Assembly (NCBI GenBank): GCA_976226885.1
Contig: OZ320313.1
Location: 52,080,001 to 52,144,000, forward strand
DNA length: 64,000 nt
Reading direction: 5' to 3'
Origin: Iphione sp. A-MEVVRFRX5
Lineage: Eukaryota
Part shown: one piece after another, positions 24,619 to 37,200 of the stretch
Numbering within the stretch: the stretch's first letter is position 1
Layout: each line of letters begins with the position of its first letter
Position numbers and translations under genes: made by a program
The notes under the pieces: generated by a model
Told to the model about the DNA's origin: nothing
The model's input: the letters and a program-made list of their open reading frames with translations, nothing else
Database searches by the model: none

Positions 24619-27600
24619 TTTAACAGATTACTCACTTGCTCTCGTTTGTTTCCCCTAGGGTTTTTGGCACTGCGCGCGAGACGGCCAGACCGGCCGACAG
24701 ATGGCGCCGCGATACTGATATGTGGCGCCACCTAACAGCATTTAGTCAACCATTGATGCCCCTATCCCTCTTGGCTCCAGTTCTCTGACTGTAGTCCAGT
24801 GACTGAGACAGGGCCTTTCCCAAGTCCTCTGCAATTCCGAAACGTTGCTACTGTATAAAAACTCATTGCTATTAGAGATTGTTAACTCCACGTGCGTGTA
24901 CGCCTATGATTTTCATAAGGTAACGAAAACATAGGGAAATAGTAATAATTGTAAAATCAGAAGTCATCGAATGCAGAAGTATTTTGGAACCCCAGAGGAA
25001 AGCCCAGTTATAAAAGGAAGGGTATTTGGTTTCTATTCACTTATTCAAACAGTGTAGTATAAAGCACTGCCACTGTCGCAGGCAGCTTTGGCATCGCTGC
25101 AAATACGGGATGGCGAGCCTGCAGATTGTTTAAGAGTGAGAGGAAATTCCAATTTGACCTGCAACCTGCCCTGTTGCCCTCCTGCCGGCTGAGGCGATAA
25201 CCACCCAAGAGGTCCATTGGCGCCTATAAACGCTTGGGCCGCGGGCATCGATGTTGCAAAGTTTGATGCCAGGCGCCCACTCCAGGTGCCGAAGAGCCAA
25301 GGCTCTAGAGAAGTGGGGAGTTCAGAGGAGGCCGGGCGGAGAGAAAGTAAGATGGATGTAGGATTGAGTAAAGGGCGGAGAGGCTGCCCTCCCAGCTGAT
25401 ACTGGTACCACGTGACGATGCCATCACTGTCTCTCCAACAAGAGGCCTATATTATTCTTCAGCGCAGCATCCGCACAGAACTTCAACTGGGATTCAACAT
25501 TCAGAAGGTATGAGCCAAGGCTTCACTCAAAGCCACCAGGTCACTCCCTGAGTAACGTGCCAATATGCTTCTATAATACGTGGGCACATGACAGTCATTA
25601 TTCATTTTGGTAATCTTTCAGGGCTGTGTTTTAAATGATTTGCTGAAAGCACTGGCTTTGAAGCAAGTAATAGAACACGAACGGAAATCGCCATCACCTA
25701 TTTGTGTGTTGAGCTCCCAAGTTTAAAACATGTTTTCCAATTTTTCAAGGGATATGACAAATATTTATACCCAATATATGCGTCTAGGAGTGTGTAACCT
25801 AAAATGATGCAGCTTTTCCTTGATGTGTATATATATGCAAACGTAGTGATGTCTTTATTCCGGGAATTATCATCCGCCGGTTAACCTGGTAGGCCAGGTA
25901 CGGAAACATCTTGATGTCAACATTTCAGGTGACTATATACCTAAATGTAGTAACAATTACGTTTTATATCAGTGATCCGCTCCGTACTACGCAACCCCTT
26001 ATCAATGAAACTAGTCTGGTAGGATTGCATGATTTACTTACAAAGAATAGCGTTTCCTCTCTCAAAAATGAGACCGGGACTCCTTTACCAACATGAATGA
26101 ACACTAGTGTCAGAGTAGCGTCGGAAAAAGGAGAGGCGATATGAAGATAAGAACCCCTGTGCCTGTGAGAGCAGTAAAAGGATAGGTATTGTCACGAACA
26201 CTGCCTTGCCATCGAAAACACCCTTGCCTGCAACTCTAGTGATTACTCGACCATGAAGGTCTACATGTGTATCCGGCACAAGAGGATAATTTTGTTATTT
26301 ACTTTGGAGATTGTGATGACCGAAAGGATAACTACTTTATTGTCATGTGGCCGCCTCCTCTTTGTATTCACATTGCAACAAAGTATTATATGCGTTGTTA
26401 GTCACATGTGACGTTTGCGAAAGGTTAATACACGTGCACGTACATGTAAATCATACTCGTCCGGTCAGTGGTCATTGCAGATGATGTGTTCTTGAGTGTG
26501 CTACCGCAGACTTAATAGCTCGTGCGTTTTGCATTGCCAGTCAACAGATTCCTATAATTATATACACATCTATTCATACCATTAAAAGTGAAGTTCGATC
26601 TGTAGACGTATTTTTTTTAAAAGTACATGTGCATGTCCTAAGAATTTACATATAACTTGAACCCACATATATTCATCACTATCATTTCCATTATTGTTAT
26701 CATGCATTGTTTATTCGTTTCATTCGTTAAGAGGAAACATGTTGCCTGGATGTAAATACTTGAATGTATGTCATCTCCAGTTGAAAAAAACTTTAAAAAA
26801 AACAACAGAAGCTATCACTAGAACTATATGAAGCATCCGTTGTAACAGAGGGTTCGATATAAGCAGCCCAAACTGGATAGATGGCTTTATATCATAGTCA
26901 GCGGGGACCTATAGATCGGGTTTGGGGAACAGGGTGGGACTATGGCTTTAAGGCATGCCACCAAACAAGGACGGGCCGTTGTCGGTTGACATGTGCCCGC
27001 CAGATCCAATCATGGGTTCAAGGCCGGGGACTTGGCGTGGGCGCCAGCAGAGAGGACAAAGAGGGAAGCCGCGCCCTCCACCCGTCCATGTACAATCCCT
27101 CCATGCTTGCTTCCCTTTAGCAAAACACCCCTGCCTCTAACTCTTGCCCAGGCTTCACATCCGACCCCCCCTATGCTACACCATCCCCCCAGGCTCTCGT
27201 TGTGAACGCCATGTGGACGTGCCGCTACCGAATCGGTTGGTCGGGCCAGGAGGGCGCGCAGGACTAAAAGTTGGCTCACAGCTGAAACAGGTTAAATATT
27301 CACTTTGGACAGTGACGACTGCTCACTTAGCGAGCAATGCCATTCCCCCTGTTTAAAAATCCCCATTCGTGGGCTGTTACTTATGTTATTCTCGTCGCAT
27401 TGTCTTCAGCTTTTCACCAAATAACGTGAATTGTTGGACGCTGTCTCCCTATTCTGTGAACATTAAGCACCTAATTTTGCCTGCATGGGAATGAAGCGAA
27501 CTGGTTATGCGGCGTCAGCAAGAGTTTGTGGATTGAATTCAGATGGTAATCAAGATGAGAAAACAAAACCCCGTGAAGGATTCATACACCCACGTACAAA

Positions 27601-28197
27601 CCTAACAAGCGCCTGTATTTGGGGGGGGGGCATGGTGAAGGGAAATTGACAGATGTATACCAAGCATATATGAAAGAGGCCGGTATATAAAAAAATACTA
27701 ATATTGTAACAGTTCCCAGCTCGGTCCCCGGGTGTTTTGGCACTGTACAGTGCAGGCATGCCGATAAGGGAGGGTGTAGTGCGGGGCCTGCCAGGGCTGG
27801 CTGGCTGCCGTCCGAAACCGATGCTGAACAGTATTAACAGCTGAAAATACCTCGTCAAGGTTAGAATATGTCATTTCCAGCACGTACACCACATTCATGT
27901 TAGCCGGTTGTATTTCAAATGCAGCCCAAATATATTCACCTGCAAAATGCTTCTAAATCGTTGAGTTTCAATCGCTGTAGCCAAAAGCGAACAGTCCGGA
28001 AAAAAAGAGACGAAAAACGAAGCGCGGAAGCCCACTGCATCACTGGATTTCGGCCTACGCGTGAAAAGAAAAATACACCAGACAAATGGCCCAGTGCTTT
28101 TGTTAAACATGTCGAGGTAATGATGTGTTCTCCAACTTGATATTATCTGTCTTGTGATGCAGGCACAATACATTCTCAGTACACAATCTGCATCGTC

Positions 28198-28266
28198 CTC
28201 ACTGACTCACTCACTCACTTACTCACTCATTCACTTACTCACTCACTCTACTCATTCACTCACTCT
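28198..28266 (+). repeat. Degenerate (CACT)n tetranucleotide repeat
   Basis: ctcactgactcactcactcacttactcactcattcacttactcactcactc... Confidence 0.9.
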
Positions 28267-31200
28267 ACCAAGTAAGATAGACATCTTCTCACTGTCGCCC
28301 TGGGATGGAGATGGATGTGTGGATCATGATTTCAAACCAAACAAACGCTGGCACATTATCGCCCACAATTGTCCTGGCGGCGCCGAGCGGGGCGAGACCA
28401 AACAAGACTCTCTATTATCGCTCGGCGTCTGTGCTGCTATTATTAACGCCTGGGTGGCGAGGGGTGAATCCTGCTCCACCGCTGGGGAATTCTACTGGGA
28501 TGTCAGGTTTTGCATAAAAGCCGAACAATATCTTCCGCAGTGAGCCGTTGCTTCCAGCTGGAAAATGGAGAGTAGGTGTACCTAATTAGCCTACATGAAC
28601 ATGTCATTGCACTCAATGTCAATCACTGTTTGTTTTTTTAGAAAGATAACAAGTGTTCAAATTAAGTCAGGCGGCAAAAATGTTATAAATATATTGTACA
28701 TATAAGTAATAAACATTTTGGTGTTTTACAATTCTTTACAGACTTGCGCAGTTTTCCTCGGGGATGAAAACAATTAACGCATAGATTACGAATTTAGTGT
28801 AACTGGCATCTTGAAGCATGTGCCACTAATCAATACTTTATGCTGTATAGATGCAATATCCGTTTCCAAGGGCAAGCGATGAAGACAGTATTAAGCGAGA
28901 CAGAGAATGTCCCCTCCTCACGCTGCTCGGCACCGGCCATCATTCTCCATAGTCACACTATATGGTATCTGGCGGTTGATTAAAAACTGCTGACAAAGAA
29001 CTGTTACAGTAGGTGGCAGCAATCGCTTTGGTCTTGTTGCTATGGTTACCACAAATATTCAAGCTCATTGTTTGGCGATCGCTGATTGGCTCGTTGTTCG
29101 GATCCGTCTACCCTCTCCCTGTCATCTACAAAACACCACTTTGAGGATGCCAGTGGCTTCGTCCCTCTAATATGGGCACCCTTTTTATTGTGCACATGTA
29201 CAGGCAAAGGGTCCATTGGTTGTGGGGGGGGGGGCGTATAAAATGAGCGACAATTGGTGCACGGGGGGTGGGGTACAATGATACCCAGATACTGCATGCC
29301 GAATAAATGTCTGGCCAAAATGGCACAGCCACCCAGTAGATCTATAGGTACTTCTCGTGGGCTACAATGACTGGAACGAAACGTTGGCTGGTCAGATAGA
29401 GATGAATCAAGCACATATTGGAGGGTGGCTTCTAGACTGCTACATAAAAAGAGTATAAAAGGTCCACCATGTAATGTTTAAAGCAGTTTCAATAAGTGTT
29501 CTTCATTTGTGGGATTATGTATGTGCGTTACAACGCGTAAAGCCCACTGACTTCGTTTGATGAAGAGCCGCTGTCAGGGGGACTATGAAGTTTTTGACTG
29601 CGCCTTTTTCAGTTTAAGTTTGATATGCTTATGCTGTTCTCCAAGGATATACCGTAGCACTATAATGCAAATGTCCTGCGGGATTTCCCAGATACAACCT
29701 ATTGCTACGAAAGTTTATATATGAAAGTGTTGCACGTCAGGGCATCCAGCCTAGAACACGATCGATTGTTTGCCATGGGCAGGTCGCCTGTGTTCGATCA
29801 TATTGAAACAACAGTCCCTATTTCTACGTTCACGGTTCATGCAGTAAAGTCGAAAGTATACGTTCTACCTTTTCGCCGGAACCAGTTTGGGGGTTTACGC
29901 ATTCAACTCGCATCCACAGGTACATTGTACTTACACAATGATCTGTTTATGGATAAAAACAATGCAAGTTGGGTCTAGACTGGAGTCCTTGCGAAACTAC
30001 TGCAGTACTTTAAAATATTAAACCAACAAAATAAAACTTTGACATGGCTACATCGATATGACAGTGCTCTTCTTATTTGATCATTCACCATTTCAAGCCT
30101 TCGGGGACTGCCGTCGACAGAATAATGGCGGTATTATTTGAGCGTGTTCGCCCATCGACATGTTTTTCAAAAGACCGGTCTTGTCTTGCCGTTTAGCTTG
30201 AGTGCAGCCCCTGTCGGTCTACGCACAAACATCGCCTCCTGGGGTGATCCCTAGGTATGTTAGGTAAAATAGTGCGGCCCAGCGTACTCGGTGTTTTATT
30301 AATGCGTCAGGGGAAATACTGTGTAAGTAGTGTTTGGCAGCGAGGCTCCTCTGTTCTGCCTCCCCAGGGCCAACCGTTTGCCGAGAGACTATGACCGGTG
30401 GAGTAGGTGAGCCAGAACGCATTCTAAAGGCTCTTTAGAAGAGGCGTATGACCAAGAAAACATTTAATTGAAGAATGCGTTCGCTGCGTATATCTGTTAT
30501 TCCCACTGTCCTGTTATTGACCCGACTCATGTAGTTTATACTTTTATACTTGGTAAGGATGTCAGACAGAATTCTCCAAAAACGAGGGTTTAAAAAGGAA
30601 TTGGGTCCTCATTGAATATTTGTTCCTTCAGTGCTATCCAAAGCTAAGAAAAAACAAGTTGCTTTGGTTGCTAGTGTACATTATTACGGCCAGAGGCTCA
30701 GATTAGCTCACACCGTCGCACTTGAGGATTCTGATTTACTGAGGCAGGGTCAAGGTTATTGATTTTTGAAGTCGCCACAACGACGGAAGCGCCTCACTGA
30801 AAACGCGTCCTTACGTGTGTGGCTGACCTTGCGTATGTGATAGCACATCGACTGAAGCCCCCTAACTCATTCAGACAGACCCAGACACAAACACACGCAT
30901 ACTTAACTTGCCTACAACTCGGATCCGGGCAAGGTAGCTTAAACAGAGGCAACGCAACGCCATAGCAGCAATCACTGACATTGTTCTGGTCAATCTGTCT
31001 TCATCTAACGCCAAACAAAAACACATGACGGGCCTTTATTTATAGCTGGGAAATTGGAGCCATTCTACCTGCTCAAAATCGTTTCGGGCGGCTATTTTCA
31101 ACCAGTATCCAAAGATAGGACACGGGCATAGGGTATCGCATTAACTATCAAGTAACGCACCTGATGCAATGAGAGCTGCCGAATAGTTCAGGCGAATCGA

Positions 31201-32853
31201 AGCGACAGTTTCACGATTTATTAATTATTCGTCCTTTGCGTCAACACGAAATTCTACCTTTTCGGGAGACCATATTTCTGCAATGAAAAGGTCAAAGTGA
31301 AGTTTACGCACATTTATATGTGTATCTTAATGCTGTGCCTAGATGCAGTCGGTCTGTTGAACATACTACGCAGTCTGCAGGAGTCAGAAATATGATTATC
31401 TCCTTGGTAACAATTCTGGTAATATCTCTTCTGACTAGAAAGACAGGGACGACAGGCATCTAGCGCCTGCTAAAAAGGCTACATAACGCTTGGGAACCGT
31501 CTCTCTTTGGGATGCCAGTTGTCGAAGTCTTCTTCGAAAGAAACACAGGATAGCATGCCGTAGCGTTGAGTCAGTTACCTATGTGCGAAGGGAGTAAAAA
31601 AGATGGAATTTCATACGGTAAACATCCCTGGGAGGCTGCCGTCTGTGCATAATAACGTGATGTTTGTTTGCATATGGAGCGTGGTGGAGCAACGAGATAC
31701 CGTGGCCATGACCACACCTAGCAACTGCGTCCTTGGTAACCTAATCACTGCGATAGCGTTCACGCTCCCTCAGAAGACTTCCATTTAGGAAGTGTCCTAT
31801 CTGCCTGCAGGTTCGGTGAAACTCTATAAAATGAGAGTAGCATTGATTCCATTCACGATTCTTCATTAACTCTAATACTTTAGCGGAAATTAGACATAAT
31901 TGCGCTAGCCTAGTCCTTTTATGCATTAATAAATTTCACCGTTCAAAGATCATAATTATCATGAGGACCTGTTAAGAATTGTGGCCTAGGTCAAATATGG
32001 TGATTCCCCTATTGGAAATCGGTAAAGTTACAGGTGAAGCATAGATATTTCCTATGCCCTGTTTATATTCCTTTCCCATCTTTGATTGGCCTCGATCCTT
32101 TCGTTCGCGTCCGGCTAGATATCCGATGAGGTGACAAAAATAAATGGGAACGTCTCACCGAACCAACAAATCTCTTCTTCCATTGATTGATCTCTAGCTT
32201 CAGATTTTCTGTCATGCATTGTCGGCCGTGCCTTTTTTTCCTCTTGCTGGTAACCGTCAAGTCCCAATGCCTCCCTCTTGAGGAGGAACCCAGGTACCAG
32301 CACACGGCGGCCTGTTCCTGAGCTAAGTACATGTCGTGGGTTTGCTGTCCGCGGCAACACATTTAGGAATGAGTACATCTATCAAGCTAAATACGAGTAG
32401 CTTTTCCTGTAAGTTTGCAAGTGTACTAACAAGATGTGTTGTTAGAAATGGTACTAGCAAAAAGGGTAACGAACATACACAGTTCCAGTTAGTCGGGTTT
32501 AATTCTTTAGATCTTCCTTCAGCTAGGGCTTGTTTTGTATATATTAGATATCTATAGAATGTTAATGCTTATATGTACCTATGATTCCATGAAACAGCTA
32601 TGATATTTTGTCAGCCTTTCTTCTAACCGTGTTATTAAAGTCGTTAGCAAGGACGCTGAAAGCAGTCTATTTAGATCATGCAATATTGGTGGGGCACATT
32701 GTTCCGACATGACTACACATAATCAAGGCTACCGGTCATCAAGGCAGACCCAATATATAAAGCATGCAGGGAGTAATAGCTCCTTCGCGCAGACCTCAGA
32801 CAGTATTCCTGACAGCGCTGTAATTACCGAGGCAGTTGGTACTCAGCTCGGTC

Positions 32854-32871
32854 TGCCGCCAGAGGGCAGTG
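32854..32871 (+). promoter_or_regulatory. Strong CTCF-like motif
   Basis: TGCCGCCAGAGGGCAGTG fits CCRSYAGRKGGCRS at all 14 core positions (32856-69). Confidence 0.45.
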
Positions 32872-34066
32872 AATGATGAGAGGCAGGTCAGCTACGTGCA
32901 GAGAGCCTCGTGAACAATGACGATCAGAGCACTAGTAGAACCATGAGGCCAGGTCTGCTGCCGGTGGTATATGGGTGTTTGTGGGGGGAGACAGACAAAA
33001 GTATCCCCTCCCTGAGAAAAACAGAGACAGATAGATGCTCAGACATCAGAACAGTTCCAGGGTAGCGCCGCAGAAAGCTAGTCATTCGTGGAGGGCGAGG
33101 GGGGCGTGACTTGATATTTTCAAGGATCATACATTCCAGAGTAATATATTTAAACCATAGGGGGAAAAGATAACATTCATATTTCTAAGATTTCCTTCTC
33201 TGACCATATTTACCTACTGCTACGTCGACATTGACGTAGGTGTTTTCGACCTAACGTGCGGTGCGGTGTTCTCCCTGGGGTGTGGGGTGGAGGGACCAGA
33301 AGACTTGGGAAATTCTTGCAGGCACCCATGGCCAGCGGCACGGACGGGGACGAAAGAGTCTGTCCGCTGAATAATTCATCGACACAAATTGCATCAAGTA
33401 CTATGGGAGTGGATGAGATTGATTTAAACAATTAACGACTCCGCTGATGGTGTGCCTGACTGTGCAGCCGGGGCCAGTCAGAAGCGATAGTTTAACGACA
33501 CAGTAATGCACCCCTGCACACATATATTCAGCTGTGAGCTCTATAGTATTAATCGTCTGCAGGCATTCGGCCGTTTTACGTTTATTTTGAAAATGGCACT
33601 TACAGTTCGGCCCCCTGTGCGCGTTATGCCTACGCCTCGGTTTGTATTGGTTAATGATACAGGAGTTTTTAATGACCTGTCGGTCGTAGCGGTGGAATTT
33701 CATATTCGTGCTGTGTGGGTGGTGACAGTTCAGCTTTTTATAATAAATGACAACATTATATGCCCACTGAAAACTTAAAAATATAAACCCACTTTCCTTA
33801 CCAAAGACTGCTGACTGCTGCTCGGAATGACGAGGTGGCCTGTGTATTTCGGAGTGATCAAGCCGTTCTCATATTGCATATCTAGTGATAAGATTTATAT
33901 TTCTATGCATCGTGACATTCTGTTGATGCTTATTGGAATAATCCGAATACATGTAATTAATGTGAGATGACTTCGAGTTTTGTGGTTATTATACGACCAG
34001 TAAATGAAAACCCAGTCATAAATATTAATAGGCCTATCTAATTCGTGTCACTCTCATGTCTTTCAG

Positions 34067-34225
34067 GGCAAATGCCAAAGGAAAGATCCTCCATGCAAAT
34101 ATCTGCATCCGCCCCAACATCTGCGAGAACAGCTGCTGCAGAATGGTAGGAACAACTTGATACTAAAGAACCTGCAGATGCAGGCGATGGTTAACCAGCA
34201 CGTTGTGCCTGGAGCGGCGCCCCAA
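34067..34225 (+). CDS. mbnl: MBNL exon: C-terminal half of CCCH finger 2 and downstream helix (GKCQRKDPPCKYLHPPQHLREQLLQNGRNNLILKNLQMQAMVNQHVVPGAAPQ)
   Basis: Acceptor ...catgtctttcag at 34065-66, donor CAA|GTAAGT at 34226; 159 nt, phase 0/0. C-x6-C-x3-H followed by PPQHL...NGRN matches the muscleblind ZnF2 signature. Confidence 0.95.
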
Positions 34226-37200
34226 GTAAGTATACGAACTTTGATCGCTAGATCAGTTATATCCGTAACCCCCTTTTTACCACTCATAATTTTCTGTGTC
34301 CCCATTGTAGCATTTACCCACAACGTGCAGCAATGTCCGTGCCTCAAACGAATTTTATATGTTTGCTTATCTGACCAGTAGCCTAGTTTCATAAGCATTG
34401 TTTCCAGTTTTTAATTTCTGCTCGTTTGTTAACCTACTATCTCATCATCATTCACTACTCATACATCATCTTTTACTGACTTTCCTTTTCACTGTTTCGG
34501 TTGTTTTTTGTTGAACCCTGTAGCTTTTGGTGACGAGTCTGTGGTACCCCTTCTGATCATCTTATTGGTATCAGAAAGTTACTGGCAAACACACTAGCAC
34601 AGACAGTATGTTTGGTTTGCTTGGCAATTTTCAGTCTGGTTGGCAGCCGGTCTATGCATACATGTCCCATAATGAACTAACATTACATAATATGGTACCT
34701 AATCTCAAATACCAAAGGCGAGCGAGGAGTTTGCGAAACCAGCAAGTCAGAGTTTCCCTCCCACCATGTTGGTAATCTCAGTTTCATATACACTGTACCT
34801 TTTATAACTAGGCCAAGGTAGGCCTCAAACCGGTCAGTTGAGGAATAATGTAGATGAAAAAAAGCAATTGTAACGGTCACTTCATCACATCCTAGGTAGC
34901 CAGACTTTGTTTTGGTTAAGTTTGAAGGAGAAGAAATAGGTTGGTCAGGGGGAACGGGTTAGGGGCGTGAGTGTCACTGTCGTGTGTAGCAGCCCTTTGG
35001 GCGTCTATCTGAAGACAGGCCTGCGTACACCAGTCCCCGTGATCATGTGATGGCCAGCCGTCGACATGTCATCACACACACGTTCACGGACTTGACTTAC
35101 TCCCTCATAGGATCATGCCACAAGCCAAAGCTGTCTTTAGTAGTGTCAGATTGTTTTTGGCCCTTTACACCCCCACCCCCACCCCGGCACTTCCGTATTG
35201 TAGTTCTGCCGGGTAGTATCTAATATCCCAGATATTAGTACAGATGTTCAGAACAACCAAAGTTTGGCTAACAGGTTCATCAAATTGTGGCATTAGTGTC
35301 TCTACCGTAATCACTTCATGGATCGCATTTCCTTGCGATATTAACCTTCAAGCGGTGCAGCACTATGGAAAACGTGCGTTTAAGTCCACCGTACCTGCAC
35401 GCCTCTTTAGCTTCGGTATGTATGATACTATGTATGAGTGAGCATCCATTTAAGATTTCTTTGAAGATTATTTACAACAGTAAAGGGGACTGGTCATACA
35501 CAAACCTCTCATGCCATGTTCTTTGATGGATTTTGCCCTTGCACAGGCTGCGTTCTAAAGATATTGTTGTCGCCATTAATATTTCGTAACGTGGCTAAAA
35601 CATGCTGTCTGTATCTAAGGCGTATCTACAGATGTTGTAGTGGGTCTTACGTTAATCTCCGAGTTCGTGGGAGTCGAAACGACGAACCTTTACTGACGTG
35701 TGGAAACTGACAGTGCTAGCAAAGAAAGGTTTCCTGCACACAATTACATGTTCTCGTGTTGGTGATATTTAAAGACTTGGAGTCGCATCTATTGTATTAC
35801 TTTTTATCTAGTTTCCTCTACTAGTGGAACGATCCTTAGTCTCGTCTACATCAAATTTACATTGATATTTGAAATTCTACATTTATAGATATTTGGTGAA
35901 TGTTTCCTCTGTATACCCCCTTGTGCCAAATTGTGTTCTAGCATTGATTTTTTCCAATGGTCGCGTTCCTGTAGAATATGCCCTGCAATATCTGCAATTT
36001 GTCGTTATAATTTTTGTCGTTTTGTCCCTGTCGTAACCATCTTGTATACCATCCGTCTTTCTTCTTGGCTTTTCATACTTACGTGTAGTTATCATGACAA
36101 TAGAGAGTGATTGGTGTCCTTTTCTCTTTGTACCCTAGGCTTCTAATTAACTCTGACAGTGATAATATTTACAGTCTATGCGAAAAGAAGACACTGCCAT
36201 TTTTTACGACTTAGTGGATACCTCGTATTCGGTAGTGGTGCATTAATCATTACCTTGAATGCCTAATTTTGTAAGTTTGGCTCTCATCATCTGTTCCCTT
36301 TAGATGACAGGCTATCATGTTTTATGCTTTCAATTTAGAAAGGATTTCATAATCATTTCTATATAAAACAGAAAAAAACGACCTTCAGGATAATTAGGGG
36401 ACACTATAAGGGGAAGGTTTTAGAAACCGTTCCTGTCTGTGTGCAGTCTTGAATCCTGAGCCACTAGGTCGTCTCAGTTATTTCCTATGGAACATTTTAC
36501 AGAAGATGTCTGTAAATTTATTTATAACTATTTGCATTGTGTGTATCTGTATTTTATGGTTGTATCATTTTATCGAACACTCCTTCAATTCTGTCATACT
36601 ATTTTGGATTTTTAAATAAATCTTCACGGTGCTGTGTGTGACGTCCATGGAGTCATATGATATGGGATAAAACGTAGAAGACAAAATGCCTTAGATTTAA
36701 TCTTCAGTAATGTTGCGTGTCATGTACTGATATGTAGACCATATGTTCTAACCGAATAGGGATATTACTTAGGATATCACTCTAAGAACAATATGGACAT
36801 TTATTAATCAGTGGGAATATTTGGAGCTTACCTCCCTAGAGGATCCCGTATGAGAAACGCGATTTTGTAGCTATAAGCTCAGGTTAGACGTAGTCATCAG
36901 TTCTCGAACGAAAGATTTTCAGTAACGATGTGTTCCAGGTTCGTCTACACTTAGGCAAGACAAATCAGCAGCAAGAGTTTATGGGTAAACGGTTGTTTTC
37001 AGTGTATATTCCAGTGATAATGAGGACAACTCCAGGAAGAAATCCCTTCCTTGAAACAGTTGGAATCAAAAGGGATCGTAAGAAGTGAAGATTGTTATGG
37101 CATAGCTGCAATGCATGGGAAGTGATGGACCTCTGTGCCCAACTTATTCGTTTCTATTAACGTGTCAGAAGCAATATAAGTAATCATTCCTGACGATATA

